The translations under genes and the position numbers were made by a program. From Trichoplax sp. H2 (Eukaryota): a stretch of DNA of 64,000 nucleotides. Of the stretch, positions 1-14,000 are shown in pieces. Where the stretch lies: NCBI GenBank assembly GCA_003344405.1, contig NOWV01000234.1, positions 1 through 64,000 of the forward strand. The letters run 5' to 3'. Under the pieces are notes generated by a model, which was given only the letters and a program-made list of their open reading frames with translations, was not told the origin of the DNA and searched no databases. Position 1 is the first letter of the stretch; each line of letters starts with the position of its first letter.

Positions 1-951
1 GAAAAGAAATGCTGTCCACTCGTTTAATGGAACAAGTTTTTGGGGGGGGACTCTTCTTCTTACCGATAGGATAAGGGAAGTGAGATCCACTATCAGACTC
101 TTTAAAATACAGCTAGCGTATACGCCATTGTAGAGAAAGTTTCTTGATGAGCTTGGTAGTTCATCCTAAAATAGTCTTGTCGTTGGACTGATAGTTCATT
201 ATGAAAATGATCTAAATTAAGGGCAATCAGCCGATCCCGTTGTACACCAACAACAAATGATATTATTTCTATTTGTAGTTCTCTTCAACTGATTGGTGTT
301 AACACTATCGTAGCCAGTAAGTGATCTATATCATTCCTAATTGTAATTGTCATCGGATGATATTCAAAAAAAGAGATCGAGTGGAGACCAGGCCCCATTT
401 TAGCAGCTGGACATGGAAAAGGGCTTATCCATCGATCATTGATGAATTAGAATCTAGCCCAATGGATAGATTATGACCAAACACTCAATCAACATATACA
501 ATCAGCTAACTAAAGCTGTTGATAGCTCATCCTTACCTGCAAATTACTGGAAACAGATGAAAAGTAGTAAGCAATGGTCATTTTGGATCTTCTATGCCGC
601 AGTTTACCTCTTGGAGAATCAACACCAAATAAACTTTACCGGCTGCCCAACTGCATATCTAGTAGGGCAATAGGTTGCTTTTTCCTGGCCCAACTTGCAG
701 AGGATAAACAATCCATTTTGCATAGTCAATGACTAGCCGAAATGATACGTATCAGCAATACCCCTTCAACTTGAAGCGGCATTTGCTCGACTGTCCGAAA
801 CACTACTGTGACTAGACTCGCCAACAGGGCTACGCCTTGGTCTTGTGACTCCAGCCCCTCCAGGGACTGAATGATGGACATGCGCTGTGCGTCCGGACCT
901 TCATCATGTCCTGCGCGATCATTCTCCAATCGATTTTCCTTTATCAACAAC

Positions 952-1845
952 GGACCTCCAAATGATTCCTAGACTGGAGGTTTTAGTCCATCAATATGCA
1001 CAATCTTTCTGAATCAGTATGCAGGTGTTAAGAGATTAAAGGACCTCCAAATGGTTCCTAGACTGGAGGTTTTAGTCAATCAATATGCACAATTTTTCTG
1101 ACTAAGCATGCAGGTGTTAAGAGATTAAGGGACCTCCAAAGGGTTCCTAGACTGGAGGTTTTAGTCAATCAACATCCACAACCTTTCTGACTAAGCATGC
1201 AGATGTTAGCAAGTCCTATTTCTTACTTGATTTAGTATGCTTAATACACTCTCCTGTAAAGGGATTAAGGGACCTCCAAATGGTTCCTAGACTGGAGTTA
1301 TTAGTCAATCAATATGCACAATCTTTCTTATTAAGCATGCAGGTGTTAAGAGATTTAAGAGACCTCCAAATAATTCCTAGACTGGAGTTTTTAGTCAATC
1401 AACATGCACAACCTTTCTGACTAAGCATGCAGATGTTAGCAAGTCCTATTTCTTACTTAATTTAGTGTGCTTAATACACTCTCCTGTAAAGGGATTAAGG
1501 ACCTCCAAATGGTTCCTAGACTGGAGTTATTAGTCAATCAATATGCACAATCTTTCTGACTAAGCATGCAGGTGTTAAGAGATTTAAGAGACCTCCAAAT
1601 AATTCCTAGACTGGAGTTTTTAGTCAATCAATATGCACAATCTTTCTGACTAAGCATGCAGGTGTTAGCAAGTCCTATTTCTTACTTAATTTAGTATGCT
1701 TAATACACTCTCCTGTAAAGGGATTAATGGACCTCAAAATAATTCCTAGACTGGAGTTTTTTGTCAATCAATATGCACAATCTTTCTGACTAAGCATGCA
1801 GGTGTTAGCAAGTACTATTTCGTACTTGATTTAGTATGCTTAATG
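952..1845. repeat. Tandem satellite with alternating ~89-90 bp and ~139-140 bp units (~229-bp higher-order period)
   Basis: Core GGACCTCCAAATGGTTCCTAGACTGGAG..TTAGTCAATCAATATGCACAATCTTTCTGACTAAGCATGCAG recurs at ~952, 1041, 1130, 1270, 1360, 1499, 1589 and 1729. Long units add a CAAGTCCTATTTCTTACTT...CTCTCCTGTAAAG segment. Confidence 0.95.
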
Positions 1846-3535
1846 GGATGACTGATTTGTGTCATGTATAGGGCTGCTTGTAAACCACCATACACTCTCC
1901 TATTTTCACTTAAAAACAAACTGCAGTCTTTAAGATTAGGATTTAGATAACACAACTACTGCAACACCTTTCTACTTTAGGATGGACGTCAGAAATTAGC
2001 TGTCTATTTGATTGATGTGATACGATGTCCGTTAGTATTTATAGTATGCCGTTATAGAACGTTATTTTCATCGTTCTCTGCCTATAACGGTAATAATATC
2101 GATAATAAAGTTTAGTTTAGTACACAAGCTCTGCTAAACTCTTCCTACTGCGTGTTACAGTAAATCTTAAAAAAAAGAAATCGTAACAGCAGGTAAAAGT
2201 AAAAGCAGCCACTACAGGGACCTCAGAACTCTTTCTTTTAGCAGGAACTGCTGAAAAGAAAGAGAGAGATGGATTGTCGATGATTTTCATTGAAATACGC
2301 AGGTTGACTATTTTGCTGATCATTTCGCTATATCGCAAGACTGGAAGCGTACATCGAATTAGTGTTGATATACTGCAGGCCGATTGAACGTCCCCGCTTT
2401 CTTTTTATAATTTGGGAAATCAGTTCAATTTAACTAAGGAGGTTAAGGAAGGACAGGGTACCGTATGAAACTGTCAGTCACAGTTATGATTTACCGTAGT
2501 AGGCCTCATGGGGCAGCAGTCTCATTCTTTTAGTACTGTAACTGTGTACTTTAGTAGTCTCTGGTAAAATTCATTTTTAAACCATACATGTATATGAGGA
2601 TTTGCAGAGTCGAAGATTGATGTGGATTGTGAATTAATAATTAATTACAATATTATTTAAGGGATTATAGATTGCATTCTTGACTGAAGTATGTTTACTG
2701 AACTGCACTCTAAATAGTGATTGCTTGCGCGCTGGAGTTCTGCGATAGTAATAATAATATGATTCCATATCGTTTATACGTATCAATTGGAATTACATAG
2801 TCGCGCAGAGCCATCCTTCCAATAGTAGCCAACGCCAATTCAAACATCTGCTACCTCTATGTCGTTATCTGACCAACTTTCTTGCAAGAATAGTTAGGTG
2901 CGCAGCATTTTAGCTCCTCTTTAAACAACTACGCAGAATAAAAATAGCCTTCATTGATGAGGATTATTCCAAAGCAATACAATACTTGTAAAAATGGATG
3001 ACTAATTGCAATCTCTTGTATAAAGTGATGCTCAATTTTTTTATCCATATCACTAATATACTGGTATATCAATTGGTGCGAAATAGATCTCAATAACCGT
3101 TTTGAACCACTTTAATTATCGTATGCAATGATGCTTGTTGACGTTTATTGTTGCGTCGGTAATAATTTTAAAAAATGTTGCATTCTACGGACTGTCAACA
3201 ATATACATATTACCAAACTGATGAAAGCAGCCATTGAAGATACCGCAATAAAAAATAAAAAGAATAAAGGAAAGATATTAACAATTACGGCAAATTATCG
3301 CTGTCAACGTTCTATTGCAAGTCAGTCTAGAACTAGAAAAGTAATCTCATAAGAAGTCATATAATGTGTTTTACTCGATAGTGCAATGGTAGAATATTAA
3401 CTAAGAGTTCTCATTGATCATTCTACTAATAACGTAGTAAAATGACTGCTTGCGAAATGCAAACTTTACACTTGAACATTCAACATCCTTAGGCATGATA
3501 AAAATTTGATAGATATAAAAAATGCAGAACCACGT

Positions 3536-6326
3536 TTATATTTGCAGAAGTAGTTCAATCGGGCAGTGATCGCTGCCTTCAATTTCTGAACGGATGATGC
3601 TATCTGCTACATTTGGTATTAAATTTTTGGAAGTAACAAAATAATCCAGTCTCCTATACGTACAAAATATTCAAACGGATAACAAGTTCAATATTACAAA
3701 TACCGATCGTTTTTCGGCATAGAAGTTACGGCAAAATAGTTCAAATTTCTTACCATCCAATATTTTTAGATCTCGCATTGGACATATAGCTCCAAAAGGA
3801 ATAAGCACTAGTTTTGTTTGGGTAAAAGTGACGAAAAGTATCAATAAATCCGCAATCCAATAATTTCCCAAATCCTTCCCTTTCTTCTTTAGTGAATCCG
3901 GCAGTTTTTGTATTTGTTTTCGGATTAGCCAGATCTAAAATCAATTTACAATTCGCTTCAGTTATCTAGTAATAGTAGAAATGAACATCAGGCATTGAAG
4001 AGTAGCTATGACAAGGACATGACATAACAGTACTATACCAATTTCCAAGTGAGATACATTTAAATCCCCGCAAAGTATGACAGGCTTAATTCTATCAAGT
4101 TCTTGCAAGTATTTACGAAAATCAGCATCCCACTCTTGTCTATAATCCAGTCTAATAGAAATGATTATTATAATAAATTTTTACGGAACGTCGTAAATAG
4201 TATCATAATTACGTAAGCTGTCGATGCTTATTACCTGACTAACTTTCTACCTGAGTTTGGAATATCTATTACAAGCAACGAAGACACGCATACCGTTATA
4301 ACAAATTGAACCACAATTTTCTAGCCATGACAATTGGTCTAATAGTTGGCAAACATTATGCAATAATCTGCCACTTACAAGCTCCAACGAGGAAAAATTT
4401 ATCATATTCTGCCGTAATGACACGCCCTTCTTTATCGTGCTTTTCAATATCTGTACGAAATTTTATATGCAATATAATATTTGCTATGATTTAATAAAAA
4501 ATTATAATAAATAAAAGATGTACCGACGGAATAATAAGAATTTTCAATCATTTTCTGTCTACTGAAGGCGTTCTATTCGCACAGACAATATAGCTGATAT
4601 TTTGTGTATGCGATAGTCAAAACTTACTGATTCCGAAAGTAACCTTTAGGGGCTTCACCTTTGATAGCAACCTGAATGAATATCAGGAGTCGTTTAATAA
4701 AAAGTTTATTCATACTACCAACTTATCTAGGTCTACGATATATTAGAAATCTAAACTATTGCACAGAACAGCAGCTACTAGTGTCATCAATAAAATTGAG
4801 TTTGATCGTAATGATGGGTTAACAGTAGCGTTTTTTAATGGCGTCGTGTGATCGATAACCGATTGGCTAAGAAATACATATATCCTTACCCTGTGCTACT
4901 GTAGCCTTTTTGCTCTGCAGAATAAAAATAGGTATGGTAGCCATCTAGTTTAATTTCATTTGGTATCTCTGATTCGGCACATTTCGTTTCTTGCAGACAG
5001 ATGATATCTATGTTACTGTCAGTCAGGTAGGAATGTCCATTTTTCTATGCCAAAATAAATAGCAAACACTAGAGCCTCATGTCGTCATCAGCTAACATTG
5101 AAAATAGCAGGCAGGGTATTCTAGCTAGGTTGAAATAGACTCAACACTACACAGTGATATTATGATAATGGTAGAAGATACCAAATGATGATAATTTGAT
5201 CCTTTCAATGTTTGCACAGTATATCTAGCTTGTAGATTGGGTACAAGTATGACTGTGCTTCGTAATTAATAATAAGAATCTTGCAATTAGGATGTGCATT
5301 TACCTTGAGCCATGCTTTTATACCGTTAACATTCCAAGAAGTAATTTTTGTATTCCAGTTTGAGCTACATATTTAGAATTAAAATAAGAATATTAATGTC
5401 TAGAGATAGGTTGCTTCAAAAGCAATTTTGCTTTATCATTTACTGTATGTCATCTACAGCAATTTACTTTTGAGAAAGAACGACAATTTTAAGAACGGAT
5501 CAAACTTGGTCTGCTTGAACTATTCAATGAAAATGGCAGACATAGTCCCTGATAGAACATTATCATAATTACCTCGATTTACCATGAGATTGATTTTCTT
5601 TCTCTACAGACGATTGGTCATGTTTTATTTCCACAGTTGGCTCCTTATCCACCTAGATGTTAAATGATCTCATTAACAACGATTGTATCTCAGCACCATG
5701 TTTGTTACAGGCTTACATCTATCAGCCCAGCAGAAAACGGGTGATTCTTTAAAAGTAAAATCATACAAGTCTACGTCGGATCATGAATAAAGATCCATTT
5801 TGACACGATCCAGTATGTTCTTATAGAGATTTGAGAAAAAATACAGTATCTACTCGTATATTTTACAGTACTATACGAATATCTCCATGAATCTTGCAGT
5901 ATCTTACAGTAAGTTTTTTTATTGGATTTTCATCCTACGCGAATATATTGCGATTTTCGAATGCAATGCTAATGTTATCAATTAATTACTTCATTAATAC
6001 TATGCTGAATTACAGCAATTTCACATTTGCTGCACCGTATTTAATATACTGCATATTACCGCAGAAGACTTGCCACCTTTAGCTTTGCCGCTATCCGCCG
6101 CTTTTTTAGCTTGCTTCTTTGCTTTCCCTACTGCAGTTACACCGGCCTATTGCATACAAACAAACATGTGGGAAATGATTCGGTGAATTCTGCAATGATT
6201 CTGCAAACATCTGTAGTTGTAGCCTTATTTGAACATAATAATTGCATCAAGCTCGTATTTGCTTGCACACTGTGCAGAGTGGAGCTGGATCAACTAGCAT
6301 GAGCAGCTTACCTTTCTTTTAGGCAT
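3536..6326 (-). CDS. APEX1: DNA-(apurinic/apyrimidinic site) endonuclease 1 (ExoIII/APE1 family), 11 exons, 318 aa
   Basis: GT-AG exons 6326-6312, 6146-6060, 5652-5573, 5364-5304, 5044-4890, 4671-4628, 4450-4379, 4265-4235, 4151-4039, 3934-3754 and 3653-3536 join in frame (957 nt). Motifs: MPKRK N-terminus, [62 protein letters not shown]. Confidence 0.97.
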
Positions 6327-7203
6327 ATTTACTAATAATTGCAGGCAGGTTTGTGTTTTACCGATTGGATAGTGCGGGTTAATAGTACGACTTCTACTAA
6401 TAAGGACAGATCGTCGAATTAAGGTTAGCATGCAAATGATGTTGAGTAATGCCAACGATGCAATGCACAGTCGAGCAGGGACCAAAGAGTAATCGAGGTC
6501 TGAGCGACCTGTGACCTGTACGATGAGCTCTACTACCGTACAATACACTAGAAGAATACCTGGACTGGCCACTCTTTTGGACGGACAGACATTTGGCCAA
6601 CTTTGGTCGTCCAACACGTCATTAGGACAGTACTTTAGGTATGTCGACCATAAATTCCGAAGGAACTGATTTTATCGAAATTAAGTAATATTATATTGTA
6701 TTCTATTGCCTGTTGCTAAGTTCTGCTTGGAAGCAGTAGCTTTAGATCGTCCATGTTCTTCAAGTTAGCAGTAATGATTTCGAAAACAGACATGGAAGAT
6801 CCATACTGAGTAGATATTTTCGGCTGTATAGTGTACAGTATACTGTAGGGTATAAAAGTCTGTCCATCCGAGAAGAGGGTCCAGTCCAGGTACAGTACTG
6901 TATTTCCAGCCGTCTGTACTGTACTGTACTGTGCTGTAGGCAGTACTGAACTACTGATAGTCTGATTCCGTCTGTCTGTGTCTATTGTTACGACAGAAGT
7001 ATGGGCGACCAGATGATGACAGATCGGTATAGCACGGTAGTAAGCGGAAATATGAACATTCTTGCTCAAAACTGCCGCACCAATGGCATTTCAGGTGTCT
7101 AAATAATTGCCAATCACGCCTAAAGAATGACTAAGCGATAATTAAGGAACTTCAAAAGAGGAACTTCGAAAGCAATCGCGGCAACTAGGACAACAATCAA
7201 GTC

Positions 7204-7270
7204 CTGCACAGTGTACAGTACTGAGTCTACAGTACAGGGTACTGTAATCAGTGTACTGTACACTGTGCAG
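7204..7270. repeat. Inverted repeat/hairpin (perfect 18-bp arms plus inner 8-bp stem) in the APEX1-GET1 divergent intergenic region
   Basis: CTGCACAGTGTACAGTAC (7204-7221) is the exact reverse complement of GTACTGTACACTGTGCAG (7253-7270). The inner sequence is TACAGTAC-AGG-GTACTGTA. Confidence 0.9.
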
Positions 7271-7646
7271 CGGGTCTCATAATGACAATATTTCTCGACG
7301 TTTGAAATACAGTAGATCCAAATTCCAATCTTTTATTTTACTATGCACATTTGGGTATCTATCCATTGGAAATAGAATGCTTTTTGCGACTGTATAATTT
7401 ATATTACTAAAAAGTCTGCTCATTTACTAATATTAGCAATTCAAGTTGACCGTATTTATACACTACAGTATGACTCTGGCGCTTTTGGACCAACATAGTA
7501 CCAAGTACTGTATTTTACAGTACTGCATACTCTACGGTACTGTACTGTACACTGTACAGTATAGGAGTACAGTACTGTACAGTACGACAAGCTGGCATCG
7601 ACAGTTTGGTACACTTGTGGGCCCAAATAGGCCCAACTGCTTCAAC

Positions 7647-10600
7647 ATGGCTTCCATCCACCTATCTTCCAGCGCTCTCAATCTCATCTCCATATTTCTT
7701 TATATCTTTTTTGTACGCTTTGCTTATCTTGTCATTCATAAACTCTTATTAACGGTGAGTTTTATTCTTTGCTCTTTTCCATATCATGCATTTCTATCCT
7801 AGTGCATTTCTTAGTCCAAAGTCTTAAACGAGCTAGCCAGGTTGTCAATGTTGAATCAATCAATTGATGGTGAAGGAAACATTGTTGTAGACAATCCAAC
7901 GCTGTAGTAATCAATCATAGCAGTAGAATACTGTTAGCTCAATTTTCTTTCTATCCTTTAATTCAAGATAGTATGATAAAATATTGCATGGTAAAGTAAT
8001 AACTCAATTCTATACGACCGAGTGGTATACGGTATTGTCTGCGTTCACTCTCATCCTATGGCACCGACATTAACTTACGAGTAGGAATGGAAATAAATGT
8101 CATGAAATAGTGCTTTACAATGGTCATTTTGCCTTTAGACACTTTGTAAGAAACATCAAGAAGAAGAATTAAATCAACAAATCCAAGTTTTACGCCAAGA
8201 AATGCGAAATATTAGTATGGTGGTAAGTATCCAACTAATCGTACCCATGACAGAAATTTAAAAGAAAAAAAAAACCTCCCATTAGATATCTCCAAAGTGG
8301 AATTACACTTTATAGTTTTCAAACCTAAGAAAGATCAATAGTCTTATTGAGCATGATATCCTTCGTTAGTTGAACAGTGTGTATTCTCCTTGCTCTACTT
8401 GTGTTAGTTGTTTAGCTCTAGTTGTAGCAAGGATGGCATGGGACGCGATGAAACATCGCCTTACATATTAATTGAAAATTTCCTTGTGAAGGCTTTGTGT
8501 ATTTTATTAACAATTCAATACTGTACCATGAGAAACAGTCAAAAATTGGGTCACTTAACTAGTGAAATACGTTCATGATGAATCAATTCATCATTTTCGT
8601 ATCTGAGACATGCATTACTTGCAGGCCATAATGACTCGTCAATTTGCTACTTTATTCAATAATTGCTTTAAATAATACTTTGTGATTTATTTCATGGATT
8701 ACAGGACAACTTTGCTCCTTACTCAAAGTTAAATAGAAAAGTGGCTAAATTGTCATCCGATTACGAAAATCTAAGTAAGTGACGTATTTAATGCAAATAA
8801 AATTCAACTCAGAGGATAGAGCTCAGCGACTGGACAAAAATTTCTACTGTTAAGATTGTTGCATAGCTTGGGTCAAACTTTGCCAAAGCGAAATGATGAT
8901 TAGTTTTAATTACACATTGATCAAGTGATTCAATATCTATCGAAAAGCCTTTGTTGTAAGTTTTTGCTGTTATTGTCCATTTAGTTGACTGAAATGTGTC
9001 ACCATTGAATTCATAACTTAATCACAGTTTTCAATTGACATTTTACCGCACGAGAGAATGATGATTAAAACTAGATAGATGCAGTTATTATTCCATAGAA
9101 ATAATCCGATCAATGATAAGAAATTTCATCGGAGAATGGAAAGTATCCTAGCAAGATAGTTATATCTTTAAATTCAAAAGAGAGCCTACTTGCATTGAAT
9201 GTACAGTAATTGGTGTTTTATCTAGATAAATTAATCATAACTGAAATAGAAAGGACTTCCAATTTGCAATACTGTATTGGGTAGCCTGTTTAAACTAGAT
9301 GTTGACCCAAATGTAGGAAATTGTATTAGATTGAAGCAGCTGAAAACATACCCTAAGGCCTAGTAAATACTGTCAATGGACGCTCCATTGTGGGTGGGTT
9401 TAACTTTACAAATATATAGCAAAAAAAATTTGGCATTCGTGGTACTGTATATTGGTAGAATTGTTATTAGAGTAAATCAAAATTGCTTCACTTAGCCTAC
9501 TGATTAGAGTGCTGATGATTAAGTCATCATCGAGACGTGTCTTAGTCAAGGCATTGTAAAAAATTGTTATATGAATTGAGGATCTAACCTGACAACAGAT
9601 TTGCCACAACATAATATCTATTGCAAATAGACTGTGATAGCAATTGAATAGTGTTTGAAAAATATTTGCAGTATTTCATTCTCTTCGGCGCAGTGTCAAT
9701 AATGACTCTAACAACAATTGACCACAATTTTATTTCAATGAGTTCTTCCCATACAATACGATAGAATGCAGATTTACCATATAGTAGCCAATCTGTATCA
9801 AATGTTATTACGATTATACTGTACTTACTTAATTATACAGTACAGTATATTGCAATGACCAACAATCCGCAATTGCAAATGTATTTCTTAACAATATTTA
9901 CATATGAAGAAAGTGCGTCATCGGTACACTCTTTTACCACGTGATGTCAATTTGTTGGCCACGCAAGATCATACTTCTATGAGTATTCATTTAAATTTTA
10001 TAATTACAAAATTGAATAAAATTGAAACGTTTTCCTAAATAAAATTATCATCCAATTGATGATGTGATATCTCGCCTATACGCTTCCTGATGCCATGTTG
10101 TATTTGCTCTACATGAAAGTCCTAGTTTTAAATTATTAAAAGATATTTTACCTTTTTTAGGTACTAAAAGAAAGAAGATGGAATTTAAAATTAATGCGGC
10201 ATGTTTCCTTGTTTATGCTGTTATCACTGTAAGTGTTACATTGGCACTATACTATACTCTTAACTATAAATATTATTATTTAAATGCACTTTGTATAGGT
10301 ACTTTATGCGACTGGTTTACTTGTTAATGAGTTTTACATGATGGTGGAGTTAGTAATACTGTGTTTATTGATCAAATGCATTAGAAAACAGCTACACACT
10401 ATTAATTGATATGAAATTGATGTTAGATTGGCGTTCATGCTCGCCTAACATTTATTTGGTACAAGCATCCCTTGTTGCTTATGCCTGGCGATTGGATGGT
10501 GCCTATAAATATATTAATATCTGTTCCAACTGGTAAAGCAGGTACATAGGCAAAAAATGATACTATGAATGTGAACAGTTTTATAGTTTCAAAAATCAAA

Positions 10601-10794
10601 TATAGAACTCTGAGTGTATTCGATATTTTAAAGATCAATTGGATGTTGATAGCTGTTAAGAAAAAATGATACTAAAGATAATAACTTGAATTTGTTTTAA
10701 TATATTCAATCTTGCAGGAGCTATTGGAATTTGTTCATGGTTAGCAATCTGTCAATCAGTTGTCTATCATTTTCCATTCAAATTAATTTTGTAA
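7647..10794 (+). CDS. GET1: Guided entry of tail-anchored proteins factor 1 (WRB/CHD5-like), 6 exons, 173 aa
   Basis: Exons 7647-7754, 8139-8222, 8705-8774, 10161-10228, 10427-10541 and 10718-10794 join in frame (522 nt). N-terminal TM segment, coiled coil RQEMRNISMVDNFAPYSKLNRKVAK, and C-terminal W..P..W..P...PTG..GAIGICSWL..C match the WRB/Get1 pattern. Confidence 0.9.
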
Positions 10795-13180
10795 TGGCGA
10801 AATGAAGAACATAGTTAAGCAAAGATTTATGACTGTACACGTGATAATTTATCATTTCGAATACACCAAAATTTTAAAGGACTCATAATTGTGTAATTAA
10901 TAAAATTAAGTTATAAATTTTCTAATTACTTTTATCGACAGTATATACCCACTATGTTACCTAGATAGTAAACTTGTTGTTATCTTATTTATGCGTCAAA
11001 AATATTGAAATGTAACTGTTATGATAAGCATACCTAATGTATTAAAGTATCATAGTGTAAAAGTCTATAGCCGTAAACATTTTTGAAAATAACATAAAAT
11101 AGAAATTTGGATGCCGATAAATAATTTTATAGTAAGCAGAAAATAAACTTAGATGCTTACTATAAAATTATATCATTAGTAGCATCAAATATTGCAAAAT
11201 TTTGATTGAACTCGGATTAGCAAATAATGAAATGTTAGTTTCTATATCTATGCCTTGAAATTATTTATAATAGTTTCTCGTCATATAATTCAACTATCGA
11301 AGGAATATATATTAATTTAAATATGAATCGCACTGTAAAAGTTTTATAGTAAAACTGTATGTATTCACCTTTACGTAAACAACTGTATCGAAAATGATCT
11401 GAAGAAAAGATTAAAGATTTTTATTTACTGTAATATCAAATGCTCTTATAAAAGATAAGAAAATCTAGATAATAAATCGTCCCTTTATTTCACTGATCAT
11501 ACGTCTTTAATGTTTAAAACTGCAGTATCTTAGATTATTAGCGCTAATAATGCTTCGATTCAATTCTCAACACTTCGCAGAATTATTATTACAGAAACAG
11601 AAAAATTTAGATATATTTTTGTAATATGATTTGTGCTATGCCCTGCTTTGGATATGAACATGATCCCAATGATAGATTGATTTTTAACATTAGAGTGATA
11701 ATAGATTAGCGTTCAATGTTGTAGTAATAAAAATGAGACGTTGTATGACATAAAAAATCAAATATCATGAATACACTTGTTAATATACGATGTAAACGAG
11801 AATTAGACCGATGCAAGCATTGATGGTTATTATATGGTGCTTCAATACTATCAGATGCTTTGAAGCTAATAAATATTACAATAAACAGATCATAAGTGTA
11901 AAATGCTTCTATCATCCATGCCTCAAATGTACACCCTTAAAATTGAGCTTTGAAATTGTTTTGCAAATAATGTGATTATACTTCTAGAGCGGATTTGAGA
12001 CATGGCTTACAATTCCTTTCTTTCATATACACAGATCATAAGTAGTCCTTTCGTATCCTGTCTAGCTTTGTTGCCTCCATTAAATTTTTTAAACGATGCA
12101 TGAAAACATAAGTAAAATTATAAGCTACATACCTACAGTTGTTACAAAATGAAGTAATAATTGCTATTCATTATATAATTATTTATGGTATAGGACAAGT
12201 GTTACTCGTATTTCTACGATCCATGCTTGTAATTAATTTCCGTTTTATATGTAAGGACTTACGTAGAATTTATTATAGCTTAATAAGAGTGTTGCCAATA
12301 ACTAAGAATGAATTGTCTAAATTACTACTTGAAAATAAACGGCAGAAAGCCGTTAGAAAATAAAGCAATAGACTCGCGGTGTTTATTCAGAGATGGTGTA
12401 TGCTTCAAAATTATTCCTAAATTAAGGTCTATGAATATCAGTAGTAGTACAAGCTATTACGTAAACTATCATGTGATTGTATGTAAGATATTGGTACCCA
12501 TATGCATTGACAGAATTGGTAAAATAAATCAATAGGAAACGAGATTAATACAATTCATGCGCTTCTTTCTTAGGCTACATATTCTCGTCAATGGTAGACA
12601 CAGATGGTGCTAAACATATGAATGTTTGTATATATCGAATCTATGCCAGAGGATACGTTTATACTGCTGATATATGCATTTTTTTTACTGATGGATTGTC
12701 AAATTAATTATTACAAGCCAATCTTAGGAAATAGAAGTGACCGAATGAAAAAGTAGAGGTGAGAAACTACGATTGTTAGGTATAGGCGTAACCAGTCATG
12801 GTCTATAGGTGTTACATGATAGTCATATAAAAGCATAATTATTATTGATATTAGCTGAATTCGCACATCATGTCCTTCGAATAAGAGTTCTGATTATATT
12901 GATTAATGCTATACTCAGTCTGTCAGTAGAATATTCCAACTCATTATCTTTTTGCTTGAAACTTTTAATATAGTATTTCCCGTATACTTCAGTCTACCGC
13001 AGTGTTGTATTTCTATAGAAATAAGTTAACAACTGTGATGGACTTCATCAGTCTTTAACTCAGTGAAAATTTGTCAACACAAACATTTTATGTATTGCAT
13101 AACTGTACATAATTAACAATCACTAATAGTTGATTTATTCTATTTTTTTACATGTATTTCAAAGTAATAGATATGATTCC

Positions 13181-14000
13181 CAAAATAAAAATCAATCTAC
13201 GGCAAAATAATGAGGAAAAATTTCGGCTGTTATATGTGATCCCCTGTAGTCATATCAAGAGTACGGATAGCACGGTAAAGCTTAGCGACTCTAAAGCCTA
13301 ATTACGATTAATATTCAAATAGATATATACATATAGTATACTGTATGTTTTGCTGATAAGTTGAGTTTGACCTAACATTGTATCTAATGGATGAGAATAT
13401 ATAGTAACGCCAATATATTTTTTTATAGGCATCTTATTTCAAATTAACTCAATTATCGTAAACCAAATTACGGAAGAACAGTGATAAACTGCTGTTAGCA
13501 AATGCAACAAAGGGCTCTGTATTTCTATTATGTTGTAACAATGGCTTGATAATAGGAGTAAATCTTATCAATAATAAAAATTTAATTTCTAAATCAAAAT
13601 AAATTTATGGCAAAATGATAAAGAAAAACTTCGGCTGTTAGATGCAATACGTGATCACTTATAGTCATATCGAGAATAAGGATAGCAAGTAAAGCTTGAC
13701 ACCATTAAAGCATAATTTAATGTTAATTAATATTCATACATAGGTATATATATAATGTATATATATATATATGGCATATGTATTACAGTTAAGTCAAATT
13801 TAACTTAACATTTTATTTAGTAGATGAGGATGTATAGATGAGCCAATATACTTTTTGTAGATATCTTATTTCAATTTACCTTTATTACCGTAAACTAGAC
13901 CTCAGAAAAACAGTGATAAACTACTGTTAGTAGACATTTAAGGATTTTGTATTTGTGGCGATGACTTGATAATGGAAGTAAATCTTATCAACAGTAAAAA
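13181..14000. repeat. Diverged tandem duplication of a ~410-bp non-coding segment
   Basis: Colinear shared anchors (GGCAAAAT..TTCGGCTGTTA, GTCATATC, ATCTTATTTCAA, AACAGTGATAAACT, GTAAATCTTATCAA) in 13181-13580 and 13591-14000. Confidence 0.85.

Noticed and set aside
1..950. Higher-GC segment with short ORFs (473-673, 726-950), possibly a transposon or gene relic
   Set aside because: No recognisable motif in the frames I examined; needs BLASTx.
952..1845. CRISPR-like appearance of regularly spaced, partly palindromic repeats (also 58847-59737 and 61996-63600)
   Set aside because: There are no unique spacers, units are far longer than CRISPR repeats, no cas genes are present, and the context is eukaryotic.
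2117..2338. Possible minus-strand exon after a strong polypyrimidine-CAG acceptor (AVPAKRKSSE...)
   Set aside because: No partner exons or homology could be established.
6294..7802. ORFs 6294-6617, 6397-6600, 6716-7069 and the 5' part of 7446-7802
   Set aside because: Only MPKRK (APEX1 exon 1) and MASIH... (GET1 exon 1) are supported. The rest translate promoter simple repeats (STVQY-like).
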